A stretch of DNA of 64,000 nucleotides from an uncultured Pseudomonadales bacterium (lineage in GTDB: Bacteria > Patescibacteriota > Microgenomatia > UBA1400 > PJMF01), in NCBI GenBank assembly GCA_964633875.1, contig CAZWKL010000002.1:23338-87337 (forward strand). Direction: 5' to 3'. The number at the start of each line of letters is the position of its first letter. The stretch's first letter is position 1. A model generated the notes under the pieces. The model was not told the DNA's origin. It saw only the letters and a program-made list of their open reading frames with translations, and searched no databases. A program made the translations under genes and the position numbers. Shown one piece after another: positions 36,532 to 46,608 of the stretch.

Positions 36532-36819
36532 ATGGCTTTTAACATTAAATTCAACGAAGAAAAGAATCAAGTGTTAAGAGCAACTCGAGGAATAGGGTTT
36601 AATGATGTGCTGATCTCGATTGCCGATAAAAAATTATTGGCTAATATAAAACACCCAAATTCCCGCCGGCCTAATCAAAGAATGTATGTAATCGAAATTA
36701 ATGGTTACGCATATGCGGTTCCCTATGTAGTAGATATGAAGAAAAGTGAGATTTTTCTAAAAACTCTTTATCCCAGCCGAGTTTTAACCAAGAAATACTT
36801 AAAAAAGGAGGACAAATGA
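36532..36819 (+). CDS. BrnT-family toxin
   Basis: FNEEKN...RGIGF, HPN...NQ, YAYAVPYV, FLKTLYPSR; precedes the antitoxin. Confidence 0.85.
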   Translation: MAFNIKFNEEKNQVLRATRGIGFNDVLISIADKKLLANIKHPNSRRPNQRMYVIEINGYAYAVPYVVDMKKSEIFLKTLYPSRVLTKKYLKKEDK

Positions 36820-37118
36820 GCAAACAAAGAAAAGACCCATTCGCTAATTTAATTTTAGACCAAGAAGAGCAATTACTGGAAGAAGCTCTTGAAAGAGGAG
36901 AATACGAAGAGGATCCTCAATTTGAAGAAACTAAAAAAATGCTTGAAGAAGCTGCCGCTCGTTATTTGGAGCTGAACACTACCAAGCCTATCACTATTAG
37001 AATTAAGCAACTGGACTTGATTCGGATTAAAGCTAAAGCAGCAGCCAAAAATATGCCCTATCAAACCTTGATCAGCTCTCTAATTCATCAATATGCTAAG
37101 AGCCAGTCTACTCGCTAA
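36816..37118 (+). CDS. CopG/BrnA-like antitoxin
   Basis: ITIRI...IKAKA...MPYQTLISSLIH. Confidence 0.85.
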   Translation: MSKQRKDPFANLILDQEEQLLEEALERGEYEEDPQFEETKKMLEEAAARYLELNTTKPITIRIKQLDLIRIKAKAAAKNMPYQTLISSLIHQYAKSQSTR

Positions 37119-39459
37119 TCCCGAGCAAATTTTCTGGCGCCTTAATCACCACAGGAATATCTCTAAACTCCTCAGGTTCGTGACCGCGTGAGAAAGTAAC
37201 ATTGCGGTTGCAGTGCGGATTATCAGCGTGATGCGCTTGATTGATGGCAGCTAAGCTCAGTCCACCGCTTGCTTGTGCAAATTCACGCACCCAGTTTTCG
37301 AGCGCTTGGCCCAAACCCATCCGGTGAACCATCTCCTGAAAAGCTTCATCAGCCGCGTCGGAAAAATTTCCCGGCGCACCATCCGGTTTTAGCGGTACGT
37401 GTTTCAGATGTGGTCTTTGGCGGGCAGGATAAGTCCCTTCAGAGTCTGCAGATTTCAACCAGTCAACCTCAGGTATTTCTCCTGTGCAAGAATTGGCAAA
37501 AAGTTCCAGCGCGATTTTTTCAAAAACAATTTTTATATCCGGAGGAAGTCCAGCTGTTTCCTCAAGGAAAACAACGTTGGCAATGGTAGCAGGAAAGGTC
37601 AGATGGAGTTTGATTTGTGGCTGTTCCAGATCAGGAAATGTATCTGGCCGGTTGACTAAATTAAAAGTAATCAAAAAACCTCCCTGCTGATGATAACGCA
37701 GCTGGGCGGAAGCAATTAATCCGGGTATTTGCGGGTGATCATCCAAATAATACAGATCTCCCGCTTCGGTCAGGCCTTGTTTAAATGACCGCACTATTAA
37801 TCGTCGCAATTGAGCATTCTCTTTGAGTAGATCAAGACCTCGGTTTCTAATTTCTTCCGGCAGCGAATAATCAATCAGTGCCTCCAGCGGTGTTTTTGGC
37901 TGAAAATCCCTATTGGTAAGATAGAGCAGCACTCCCGGATAGTCTTGGATAGTAAACAAAAGCTCTGTACTTTCCATCAGCTCTCTGCGTTTAAAGTTCA
38001 TTTTCTCGTCTTGTGTCAACAGGTTTTCGGCAAAACGAGCCACTTCTTGAGGAGAATTGAGAATGCCTACTTGTTCATCTACGATGAGGTAGCCACTCAA
38101 TCCTCTGATGGCAAAGGAGTGAATGTGCCAGCGGCGGCCGGTAGCTTCTTCCTTTTCTACTTTTTCGCGATTAACTGTTTTGCGGATCATGTCAACAAAG
38201 ACGCCGGAACGCACCAGTTTTCTAAGCGGTTTCAATTCTTCAGGAAATTCCAGGCTGTATTTGTAAGGAAATTCACCAACAATGCTCCAATCTATAGGCG
38301 CCATGAACAGAGTCGATGCGGGGGTTTCAGCACTTTGCTGCAGCCGCCCTTCACCGTCAGGCGTTTTAGCCAGATGCTTGCCTTTTTGGTAATTAAAAAT
38401 GTTTTGCAATCTTTCTGAATATGAACCTGATCCAATTGCCACTCTCATCAGTGCGGGCGGGACTGGCTGTTTACTTTGTTTTCTGATCTGGTTCGCGCTG
38501 AGATTATGGCTTTCTTGAATTTCTGAATTATTCGCTTGTGCCTGCAAGTTATGTTTAAGCAAAGCCAGTATTTCTGGTACTTTTTCTGGTCCAGTGGCCA
38601 ACTCGGGATAAGCTTTAATAATTGAAGCAATAAAGGAAAGTTGCAGTAGATAAGGATCGTAGGCGCGGTTGTTTTTGTTAAATTGCTCCTGTTTGCTGGT
38701 GATCTCAGCCATTAAACTCAAAGCCATATTGGTGTAGGTAGCTATAACATACAGGTCTTCCATTTTTGGGTGAGCGGTATAAGTACCGAGGAACAAGCTT
38801 AGCCAGGGCAGAGAACCAACTGGCGCAACTTTGTTATACTTACCAGTGGAAAGATCAACCGCTGCTTCCGCAAGCGACAAATCATCAAGATTCTCAGCAG
38901 CCAAATAGACAAGTTTTTCAACAGTGACCAAAGCTCTGTGCCAATATTGCTGATCTTGGTCGTTAAAGCGTTTGTCTATCAGGCCGTTTAAGATCAATTC
39001 AGAGGTTTCTTTAAGATTTTTGCCAATTTTATCTGCGGAAAAATGATCAAGTTTGTTGAGAGCTCGCAAAAATGTTTCCAACTCACGCTCATCCCACACA
39101 TGATCGGAGAGTTGTTTCCAGTCATAACCGCGTAGTTGTTTGTTGAGATTTTTTAAAAATGCACTCAGAACTTTGAGTTGCTCAGAGTTGTCCGAGTTTT
39201 TGGCAATAAAAGCGGCATTTTCCACGGCCGAGATGAATTGAAGCAACGCGGCTGGGGAGGATGTGATGCGCTCAATTATTTCTTTGCTGGCGCTATCAAT
39301 ATCTTGAAAAGATTCTGGTAGTCTTGGCAATGGGGTTTCAGTCTCATCAGGGACTGGTTGTTCCGGTGAATCACTAATTGGTTGTTGCTCGGCCGCATTG
39401 CCCAGAGAGGGAAGGGCAGTTGATTGTTCAGACGGATCAGTTTCAATTGAGTTGATCAT
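37108..39459 (-). CDS. Large hypothetical protein (783 aa)
   Basis: Long ORF with an acidic/Pro N-terminus, helical N-half and alpha/beta C-half; no family recognised. Confidence 0.75.
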   Translation of the reverse strand: MINSIETDPSEQSTALPSLGNAAEQQPISDSPEQPVPDETETPLPRLPESFQDIDSASKEIIERITSSPAALLQFISAVENAAFIAKNSDNSEQLKVLSAFLKNLNKQLRGYDWKQLSDHVWDERELETFLRALNKLDHFSADKIGKNLKETSELILNGLIDKRFNDQDQQYWHRALVTVEKLVYLAAENLDDLSLAEAAVDLSTGKYNKVAPVGSLPWLSLFLGTYTAHPKMEDLYVIATYTNMALSLMAEITSKQEQFNKNNRAYDPYLLQLSFIASIIKAYPELATGPEKVPEILALLKHNLQAQANNSEIQESHNLSANQIRKQSKQPVPPALMRVAIGSGSYSERLQNIFNYQKGKHLAKTPDGEGRLQQSAETPASTLFMAPIDWSIVGEFPYKYSLEFPEELKPLRKLVRSGVFVDMIRKTVNREKVEKEEATGRRWHIHSFAIRGLSGYLIVDEQVGILNSPQEVARFAENLLTQDEKMNFKRRELMESTELLFTIQDYPGVLLYLTNRDFQPKTPLEALIDYSLPEEIRNRGLDLLKENAQLRRLIVRSFKQGLTEAGDLYYLDDHPQIPGLIASAQLRYHQQGGFLITFNLVNRPDTFPDLEQPQIKLHLTFPATIANVVFLEETAGLPPDIKIVFEKIALELFANSCTGEIPEVDWLKSADSEGTYPARQRPHLKHVPLKPDGAPGNFSDAADEAFQEMVHRMGLGQALENWVREFAQASGGLSLAAINQAHHADNPHCNRNVTFSRGHEPEEFRDIPVVIKAPENLLGISE

Positions 39460-39525
39460 CTTGGGTGTATTATACCTTAAGGTAGAGCGGGCGTATAAAG
39501 AAATGAGGATTGGTTTTTCTCCTCC

Positions 39526-40353
39526 TCACCGAAAAAGCCTGATCAGTCCATACAAAAACCCGCCGCTGGCAGAGATTCTGCCGTTCAATTTGTAATCAAG
39601 CAGCCAATACAACTGCAGCAGCCGGACCACGTAAGGATGGGTTTTGCTCATGCTGCTAATCATCTCGATGACTTGCTTCCTCGACTCGTCACTCATCAAT
39701 TCCTCAGGATGTTCCTGGAGAAAGGCAAAAAACTCTGCCAGTTTTTTCCTATCTTTAGGTTTTTCACAACCGTTGCGCAAAAAATAGCGCCAGTAAGTCC
39801 ACTCGCCGGAAAAAGTTGGCACCCGGCAGCCGCCGTAATCGCGCCAGTAAATCTCAAAAATATCTGCCGGTACCTCCTGAATCACGCTCCTGAACAAAAG
39901 ATAGTACATTTGGTCATCTTTGATAATTTGTGAAAAAAACTGAAACAGCGATCCCAACTTTTTTTCAAAAAGAATCGGATCGAGGGTGACTTCGGGGAAA
40001 TTTTTCTTATTTTTGGCGGCTTTGGTAATTGCCGCGGCGGCTGCGTTAATAGTTTTTTCGTTTGGGCCGAGAGCGATAAAATCCAAGTCCGGTATTGAGC
40101 CGTTGTCGCGGCGGGCATAAAGTGGTTGGCCTTGGATAGCCTTGAGCGCGTGGCCGCCCACCAGCACCGCTGCCACGCCGTGTTGGTTGAGAATGTCCAG
40201 GACTGTGTGCAAATGCTCGGCGTATTCTTGTTCTTCCGGAGTGGGTTTTTCCGGCTGGCGATGGTCGGCTTCTGTGGTCTCAGGAGGCGCAATGGCCTCG
40301 ACAACCTCAGCGATCTTGACAGGGTGGGTAAGTTCAACAGTCATTTGCCCCAC
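39526..40353 (-). CDS. Nucleotidyltransferase-fold protein (start may be MTVEL at 40344)
   Basis: LVGGHAL...PDLDFI and later KPKD resemble Pol-beta-like NTases. Confidence 0.55.
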   Translation of the reverse strand: MGQMTVELTHPVKIAEVVEAIAPPETTEADHRQPEKPTPEEQEYAEHLHTVLDILNQHGVAAVLVGGHALKAIQGQPLYARRDNGSIPDLDFIALGPNEKTINAAAAAITKAAKNKKNFPEVTLDPILFEKKLGSLFQFFSQIIKDDQMYYLLFRSVIQEVPADIFEIYWRDYGGCRVPTFSGEWTYWRYFLRNGCEKPKDRKKLAEFFAFLQEHPEELMSDESRKQVIEMISSMSKTHPYVVRLLQLYWLLDYKLNGRISASGGFLYGLIRLFR

Positions 40354-40442
40354 TATTATATAGCAGCCACGAAATAAGTAATTTTTTGGTGTACACTATC
40401 TTCAATTAGCTGCTATTAATTATCAAATCGGGAGCAAGCAAA

Positions 40443-41414
40443 ATGAAAAAAATTCTCGTCACTGGCGCGTTTGGACAAATCGGCACGGAGTTGGTGCCAT
40501 CACTGCAAGCAAAATACGGCCGCGAAAACGTCATTGCCATGGGCAACCGCAATCTTCCCGAAGATTTTGACGGCGTGGTGGAGGCGCTGGAGTTGCCCAA
40601 CTACGAAGGCCTCAAAGCTCTGATTGAAAAACACGACGTGGGCACCATTTACCACATGGTGTCCTTGTTATCGGCAAAAGGCGAAATAAACCCGGATTTG
40701 ACCTGGGATATCAATGTTAATTCGCTCAAGGATGTGCTTGATTTGGCCAAAGAATATCAACTTAAGGTTTTTTGGCCGAGTTCAATTGCTGCTTTTGGCC
40801 CAACCACGCCCAAGGACCAAACGCCGCAACGCACGGTTTTGGAACCAACCACCATGTACGGTGTCACCAAAGTTACCGGCGAAAATCTTTGCCACTATTA
40901 TTACTTGAAATATGATGTTGATGTCCGCAGTGTTCGCTACCCCGGGCTGATTAGCTGGAAAGCCGAGCCCGGTGGTGGCACTTCAGATTACGCTGTCGCC
41001 ATCTTTTACGACGGTCTCCAACATGGCAAATACACCTGTTTTGTCGGGCCGGAAACCACGCTGCCGATGATGTATATGGATGACGCGGTTAAAGGCACCA
41101 TTGACCTAATGGAAGCCGACCCGGCCAAACTGACAGTTCGCCACAGCTATAATTTGGCTGCTTTTAGCTTTACCGCTGCCGAGTTGGCGGCTGAAATCAA
41201 CCGGCACCTGCCGGTAGCGGTAGATTACCAACCAGACCATCGCCAGCAGATTGCCGATTCTTGGCCGAACTCGATTGATGATTCGGTGGCGCGTGCGGAT
41301 TGGGGTTGGCAGCATCAGTTTGGTTTGGGTGAAATGACGACTGAAATGATTGCCAAACTGAAAGACAAATTTCAAGCTGAAGGGAAACTGAAAAAGGAGG
41401 CCGCCAATGCCTAA
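40443..41414 (+). CDS. L-threonine 3-dehydrogenase, SDR type
   Basis: GAFGQIG, LLSAKGE, PSSIAAFG, PTTMYGVTK, PGGGTSDYA, LPMMYM; coupled to kbl. Confidence 0.88.
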   Translation: MKKILVTGAFGQIGTELVPSLQAKYGRENVIAMGNRNLPEDFDGVVEALELPNYEGLKALIEKHDVGTIYHMVSLLSAKGEINPDLTWDINVNSLKDVLDLAKEYQLKVFWPSSIAAFGPTTPKDQTPQRTVLEPTTMYGVTKVTGENLCHYYYLKYDVDVRSVRYPGLISWKAEPGGGTSDYAVAIFYDGLQHGKYTCFVGPETTLPMMYMDDAVKGTIDLMEADPAKLTVRHSYNLAAFSFTAAELAAEINRHLPVAVDYQPDHRQQIADSWPNSIDDSVARADWGWQHQFGLGEMTTEMIAKLKDKFQAEGKLKKEAANA

Positions 41415-42657
41415 AGCCAATTTTTACAGCCTGCTGCAACAGGAAGTGGAGCGCTTGGATGAAGCTAAAACCAGCAAGCGCTCGGAAAAAATTATCGAGA
41501 GTTTTACCAACGATCCGGCTCCCAAAGCGATTATCAACAACCAAGAGTACCGGATTTTTAATTCCAACGATTATTTGGGATTGCGCTTTCATCCCGCCCT
41601 CAAAAAGGCCGAACATGAAGCTTCTGAAAAATTCGGCTCCGGCCCGGGAGCGGTGCGGTTTATCTCCGGTACCCTTAAAGTTCATCAGCAGCTAGAAGCA
41701 GCACTGGCACGATTCCACCAACGCCAAGCCGCCATGGTTTTTTCGTCCGCTTTTGCTGCCAACATGGCGGTTTTGTTCGCGCTCATTACCGGCCAAAGCA
41801 AGGGGACGGTGGTGCACAATGATGTTTTGGTGATTTCTGACGAACTCAATCACCGCAGCATTATTGACGGCATCAGAGTGGCCAATCATCCCAAAGAAAT
41901 GAGAAAAATTTTTAAGCATCTGGACGCGCCAGACCTGGCGGCTCAGTTGCAAAGCGGCCTTGGCCAGCACAAAAGGGCGCTGGTAGTGACGGATGGGATT
42001 TTTAGTATGCTGGGCGAGTATCAGGATTTAAGCAAAATTCGCCAGGTCATTGACGAATATGATCAAAAATATGAAGACGGCGTTTTGTTAATTGTAGATG
42101 ATGCTCATGGCATCGGCGCTTTTGGCGCCACCGGGCGAGGAACCGAAGAAGCCAGCGGCGCTCAGGCCGATGTTTTGGTTGGCACGCTCGGCAAAGCTCT
42201 GGGAGCCGATGGCGGCTATGTGGTAGCCGACCAAGTAGTCATTGATTATCTCAAAGAATCAGCCGCCACTTACATTTATTCCAACTCAATTTCGCCTGGA
42301 ACCGCTGGTGCAGCTTTGGCAGCAGTCGAGTTGTTGGAGAGCAAGGAAGGACTTAAGATTCTGGAAAAATCCAAACAAAATGTTGAGCTTTTCAAAAAAT
42401 TGATGCAAACAACTGGTTACGAATTTGCGGCGACATCAATCCATCCCATTCAACCGATTTTGATTGGCGATCCCAAAAAAGCCAGCGAACTGACCCGCTT
42501 TTTGTTTGATCAGGGCATTTTAGTAACGACCATCAGCTATCCGGTAGTGCCCCAAGGCAGAGATGAAATCCGGGTGCAAATCAGCGCCGCCCACACCGAG
42601 GAAGACATTGAAAGTTTTGTTGAAACCATCAAAAAATCATCAACAATGAGTAAATAA
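41407..42657 (+). CDS. kbl: 2-amino-3-ketobutyrate CoA ligase (glycine C-acetyltransferase)
   Basis: SNDYLGL, VRFISGT, DELNHRSIIDG, TDGIFSM, DDAHG, GTLGKALG, YIYSN, YPVVP...IRVQISA. Confidence 0.88.
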   Translation: MPKANFYSLLQQEVERLDEAKTSKRSEKIIESFTNDPAPKAIINNQEYRIFNSNDYLGLRFHPALKKAEHEASEKFGSGPGAVRFISGTLKVHQQLEAALARFHQRQAAMVFSSAFAANMAVLFALITGQSKGTVVHNDVLVISDELNHRSIIDGIRVANHPKEMRKIFKHLDAPDLAAQLQSGLGQHKRALVVTDGIFSMLGEYQDLSKIRQVIDEYDQKYEDGVLLIVDDAHGIGAFGATGRGTEEASGAQADVLVGTLGKALGADGGYVVADQVVIDYLKESAATYIYSNSISPGTAGAALAAVELLESKEGLKILEKSKQNVELFKKLMQTTGYEFAATSIHPIQPILIGDPKKASELTRFLFDQGILVTTISYPVVPQGRDEIRVQISAAHTEEDIESFVETIKKSSTMSK

Positions 42658-42659
42658 AT

Positions 42660-43013
42660 CTAGACTTGATCAGCGGTATAAACCACCCCAATAGCTTTCC
42701 TGACGGCGTAGAAAATCAAGGCGTAAATGAGCATTGCCACTAGGATTGACCAATCAATAACGACATTGCCGGCACTGGCTGAAGGAAAAATAAAGCGGAA
42801 GGGCAGCATGAGAATTTCCGCTGCGTCATCCACAAATCTTACAAATCCGGCTGTTTGATTGGCTGCCGTTGCCTGAAAAATAAAACTAAGCAACAAAAAA
42901 CCTTCTATCAGAAACAGAAAAAAGTCCATAATTCTGTGGGCTAGTAGATATGGTTTGGCCTCATTATCAACCACTGCCTGACGAGTTTCTCTGACAATAG
43001 TGTGTTCTTGCAT
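42660..43013 (-). CDS. YggT-like membrane protein
   Basis: Two TM segments with PFRFIFP and DWSILVAMLIY. Confidence 0.65.
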   Translation of the reverse strand: MQEHTIVRETRQAVVDNEAKPYLLAHRIMDFFLFLIEGFLLLSFIFQATAANQTAGFVRFVDDAAEILMLPFRFIFPSASAGNVVIDWSILVAMLIYALIFYAVRKAIGVVYTADQV

Positions 43014-43159
43014 AAATCCTTTCTGAAAAGTGTTTGAAAGAAAGTGTAAAGAACTTATATAAGAATTGAGTAGATTGTAGGTTACAATTTGATTTGATTA
43101 AGGTTTTTGCTGAACATCAACCACAATACCCCAAATCTCCATACTGAAAAAACACGGAA

Positions 43160-43603
43160 TTATCCGAGCAAACTGGCAATTTCCTCAGGCAGCATTTCTT
43201 TGATCTGTTGGCGAATTTCCTGAGGAACTGAGTCTAAAACTGTAGTAAGAGTTTTAGACACCAATTCTTCAAATTCTTCTGCTGTGACTGTTACCGGAGG
43301 GAATTTTTTTTGCGCGTGGTCAAGAAATTGTGACCGGTTGTATTTTAGAGGAACGCTATTGGGATCCCAACCTTCATAGTAAAAACCTCTCACCAACATC
43401 GGTAATTCCGAACCCAAGTGTACCGCCTGATGTACCGGCAGCCTGTCCCTCAAAGCCTGGAGGCTAGACCGCAGTAAGTCATACGATTGCTGACGGCGAT
43501 TTTTCCATCCCAATTTATTTTCCAGGGAGTTGAGCAGTTCGTTGGTTTCGCGTATGGTGTGGTCAAAACTATCTAACCCGGTGTTAGATCTCTGCGTTAG
43601 CAT
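43160..43603 (-). CDS. DUF2267 family protein
   Basis: LQALRDRLP...HLGSELPMLVRGFYYEGW. Confidence 0.85.
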   Translation of the reverse strand: MLTQRSNTGLDSFDHTIRETNELLNSLENKLGWKNRRQQSYDLLRSSLQALRDRLPVHQAVHLGSELPMLVRGFYYEGWDPNSVPLKYNRSQFLDHAQKKFPPVTVTAEEFEELVSKTLTTVLDSVPQEIRQQIKEMLPEEIASLLG

Positions 43604-43692
43604 AAACGAAAGTATAGGATTTTATTGTGAGGGAGTGGGCAGAAGAAATTGAGAAGTTGGTAAGAAAATTGTTAAAGTGAGTTTAAGTTCAG

Positions 43693-44523
43693 CTAAAAAT
43701 TTTCTTCTAAGAAATCTAAGATGCCATAAGCTAGCGCTCTGGCAGGAATTTCCGGTTGATCAACAATAATTTTTCTATCACTAGCGTTGGTTAAAAAGCC
43801 GGTTTCCAAGAGCGCGCCCGGAGTTCTGGATGAAATGGCGTGCTCATATTTGTGATAAGCAAAAGAGTAGTGGTGAGTCATGTTTCTGGTGATGTTGTTG
43901 TTGTCTCGACGCATGCCGGTTTCTTTCTCGTAAGCCTGATCGAGAGCAGCTGCCAGTTTATTCGCCAAGCCTGTTCTATCTTTGGCAGATGAAGCCACCT
44001 TAAAACCGTTAGCTTTGGGATTTTTGTCACTGCCGTCAGTGTGGACAGAAACATAGGCATTGGCTTTATATCCCGGCGGAATGACTGCTGGCAAAATGTC
44101 GACAACCACGCCTTGTTTTTCCAAAATATCCCGAGCGCGGACTGCAATCGCTCCCGCTACCTCTTTTTCCCACTTGCCGGCCGCATAGGCGCCGGTATTG
44201 CCTTTAAGCCATTCAAGTTCAGCTGGCGGATTTTCATTTTCAAAATGCCCAACCTGAATACCGACGCGCAAGTTTTTGTTGGTAAAACTGGGGAGATCCC
44301 TGGTCGATGTACTCTGAGGAATTGCCGCCGCCGCCTCGTCCACCAGCGGCTCATTAAAAATTTGTTGTTGGATCATTCTGGTAATGGGATTCGTTTTTGT
44401 TGGTGCTAAAGGAGCAGTACTTGCTGGTGGAGCAGTGATAGCTATGCCCAACGCCAAAATTAAACCAACAAAGCTGTTATGCAGCGTCATTGACGCAGGT
44501 CTTTGGGCAGATTTTTTTAGCAT
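43693..44523 (-). CDS. Secreted N-acetylmuramoyl-L-alanine amidase (Amidase_3)
   Basis: Signal peptide, IQVGH, E, VSVHTD, ALLETGFLTN. Confidence 0.85.
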   Translation of the reverse strand: MLKKSAQRPASMTLHNSFVGLILALGIAITAPPASTAPLAPTKTNPITRMIQQQIFNEPLVDEAAAAIPQSTSTRDLPSFTNKNLRVGIQVGHFENENPPAELEWLKGNTGAYAAGKWEKEVAGAIAVRARDILEKQGVVVDILPAVIPPGYKANAYVSVHTDGSDKNPKANGFKVASSAKDRTGLANKLAAALDQAYEKETGMRRDNNNITRNMTHHYSFAYHKYEHAISSRTPGALLETGFLTNASDRKIIVDQPEIPARALAYGILDFLEENF

Positions 44524-44665
44524 GAAGGGTGAATATTAATACACGGGTAAGCATCGTGCAAGGGCAAAACAAAAGCAAAAGCAATCACTCGAGATAAAAA
44601 ACGAGCATAAACAACAACCTTCACTTTAGCTTGAAATATAGGCCTAAATTAGCAGTTGGCAGACC

Positions 44666-45556
44666 CTAAAGTTCTTTTAAGAATTTTTTGAAGTCTTCGC
44701 CGTATTTATTATTGGCCAGCATGAACTTAACGTGAGCCTTCATGTAGCGGAGCGGATCGCCGGTGGTCATCCACTCTCCGTCCACCACTTTGACCTTGAC
44801 AGTGCCGTGTTTGGCCACTTGATGGTTGGCGTCTTGCAGCCAGAGCTCATTATCGAGTCCGGTGGCGTCAGCTTTCAGATACTCAAAGACTTTGGGAGTC
44901 AAGACATAGCGTCCATATGAAACCAAATTGGACGGCGCTTGGTCGCGAGGCGGTTTTTCAATCACTATTTCGACTTCTTCATCTGAGCCGTCCTTGAGTT
45001 TGACTACGCCATAGCGGTCTACTTCGTCCCAGGGTACTTCTTGAACAGCCAAAATGCCGTCAAGGTTTGGCTCTTGATGATAAAAGTCCACAATTTGCTT
45101 GACCGCGCTAGTTTTGCCTAGAACCAAATCATCACCCCACATCACCACAAAAGCCTCATCGTTTTCTACCAACTCCTTGGCAGTGAGAATCGGCCGGCCA
45201 TTGCCGTAAGGCAGCCGCTCATCTTGAGGCATAATGGTAATTTTTGGCAGCTTAAAAACTTTTTCAACCTTATCCCAGCGATCCAGCTTGCCTTGGCGGA
45301 TCATCAGAGTGCGGATATTGGTGGCTGAGCCGTAGAAATAATCTTCAAACTTGGTCACTTCTCCGGGAGAAGCAATAATAATTACTTCTTCAATGCCGGC
45401 ATCAGCGCATTCTTCGACTAAATACTGAATAATCGGCTTATCAATTAGCGGCAGCATTTCCTTGGGAAAAGTTTTGGTAATTGGCAAAAACCTGGAGCCA
45501 AAACCCGCGGCAGTAATAATAGCCCGCTTCACTTTTTGATTGGACTGTTCTTGCAT
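44666..45556 (-). CDS. galU: UTP--glucose-1-phosphate uridylyltransferase
   Basis: AAGFGSRFLPITKTFPKEMLP, GDD, RYGVV, IEKP, GRYVL. Confidence 0.85.
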   Translation of the reverse strand: MQEQSNQKVKRAIITAAGFGSRFLPITKTFPKEMLPLIDKPIIQYLVEECADAGIEEVIIIASPGEVTKFEDYFYGSATNIRTLMIRQGKLDRWDKVEKVFKLPKITIMPQDERLPYGNGRPILTAKELVENDEAFVVMWGDDLVLGKTSAVKQIVDFYHQEPNLDGILAVQEVPWDEVDRYGVVKLKDGSDEEVEIVIEKPPRDQAPSNLVSYGRYVLTPKVFEYLKADATGLDNELWLQDANHQVAKHGTVKVKVVDGEWMTTGDPLRYMKAHVKFMLANNKYGEDFKKFLKEL

Positions 45557-45620
45557 ATGGTGAGCTTATCTAACACTACTTAATATTTAATATTTAGTAC
45601 GTAAATAGCAGTATAGCAAA

Positions 45621-46259
45621 TTAGCCGAAATTTTGTTTTTCGCTTGCCAAAAAAGTGGTTTCACCATGACCCGGATAGCAGAGAGTATTGTCTGGCAACT
45701 CAAAAAGTTTTTGCAGCGAGGTATGCATGGCTTTGAAGCTGGAATAGCTGTGATCAGTGCTGCCAAGGCCGTTTTTGAAGAGAGTGTCGCCGGTGAAAAG
45801 AATTTGTCCGTCATCAGCATTCAGCGTCATTAAACAAATGCTGCCAGGAGTGTGGCCGGGCGTTTCAATTACTCGCAGTTTTTGTTTGCCAATGGGCAGA
45901 ACGTGATTTTCTTCCAGGAAAACGCTGGGGGTTGGTACCGGATCCACCAGGCGTTTAAGCCAATGTTTGGCCCGGCTCTGTACTGATTCAATCAGGAAAA
46001 GGTCTCGCTGATTTATCATCACCGGGATATTAAAATTGAGCTGCACTTCCAGAGTACCCAAAATGTGGTCGAAATGTCCGTGGGTCAGCACGATTGCTAG
46101 GGGAGTGAGTTCGTTTTCCAAAATGGTGGCGGTGATGGTTTCGCCGCTATCGGCAGGGTCGATAACCAGGCAATCTTTGGTTTCACTGCAAAAAGCCAAG
46201 TAGCAATTGGTTTGCAGCTCGCCCAGCTCCAGAGTAATGACCTCGAGTTCATTTGACAT
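45621..46259 (-). CDS. MBL-fold hydrolase (glyoxalase II-like)
   Basis: TNCY, THGHFDH, TPGHTPG, FTGDTLF, YPGHG. Confidence 0.92.
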   Translation of the reverse strand: MSNELEVITLELGELQTNCYLAFCSETKDCLVIDPADSGETITATILENELTPLAIVLTHGHFDHILGTLEVQLNFNIPVMINQRDLFLIESVQSRAKHWLKRLVDPVPTPSVFLEENHVLPIGKQKLRVIETPGHTPGSICLMTLNADDGQILFTGDTLFKNGLGSTDHSYSSFKAMHTSLQKLFELPDNTLCYPGHGETTFLASEKQNFG

Positions 46260-46320
46260 TTAACCTTGTGTTTCAGTATGATTTAGTCATTAATATCCTA
46301 TCACAGCAGGAGAAAGCCAA

Positions 46321-46608
46321 ATGCAAGAGGATCTGCAAGTTCCCACCCATGAAACTCAGCCAGCTGATCAAGCAATTGGTCAAGCGGTCGAGCCAGTAGC
46401 CGCCGGAAAACCTCGGCTTAAATATTTGTTAGGGCTTTTGGCGCTTTTGGCTGTCGTGCTCGGGGCTGTTTTTGTTTTTGGCTTTGGTCAAACTGAAGAA
46501 GAACAGCAAACGGAAGAAATGAAGCAAATGATTGAGTTGGAAGCTGAGCGAGCGGCAGACTTCCAGGAGGAAGAGTTCATTCCTTACGAAGAGTTGCCGA
46601 TTATGTAG
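46321..46608 (+). CDS. Small single-TM hypothetical protein
   Basis: SD aggag; one TM and an acidic tail. Confidence 0.6.
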   Translation: MQEDLQVPTHETQPADQAIGQAVEPVAAGKPRLKYLLGLLALLAVVLGAVFVFGFGQTEEEQQTEEMKQMIELEAERAADFQEEEFIPYEELPIM

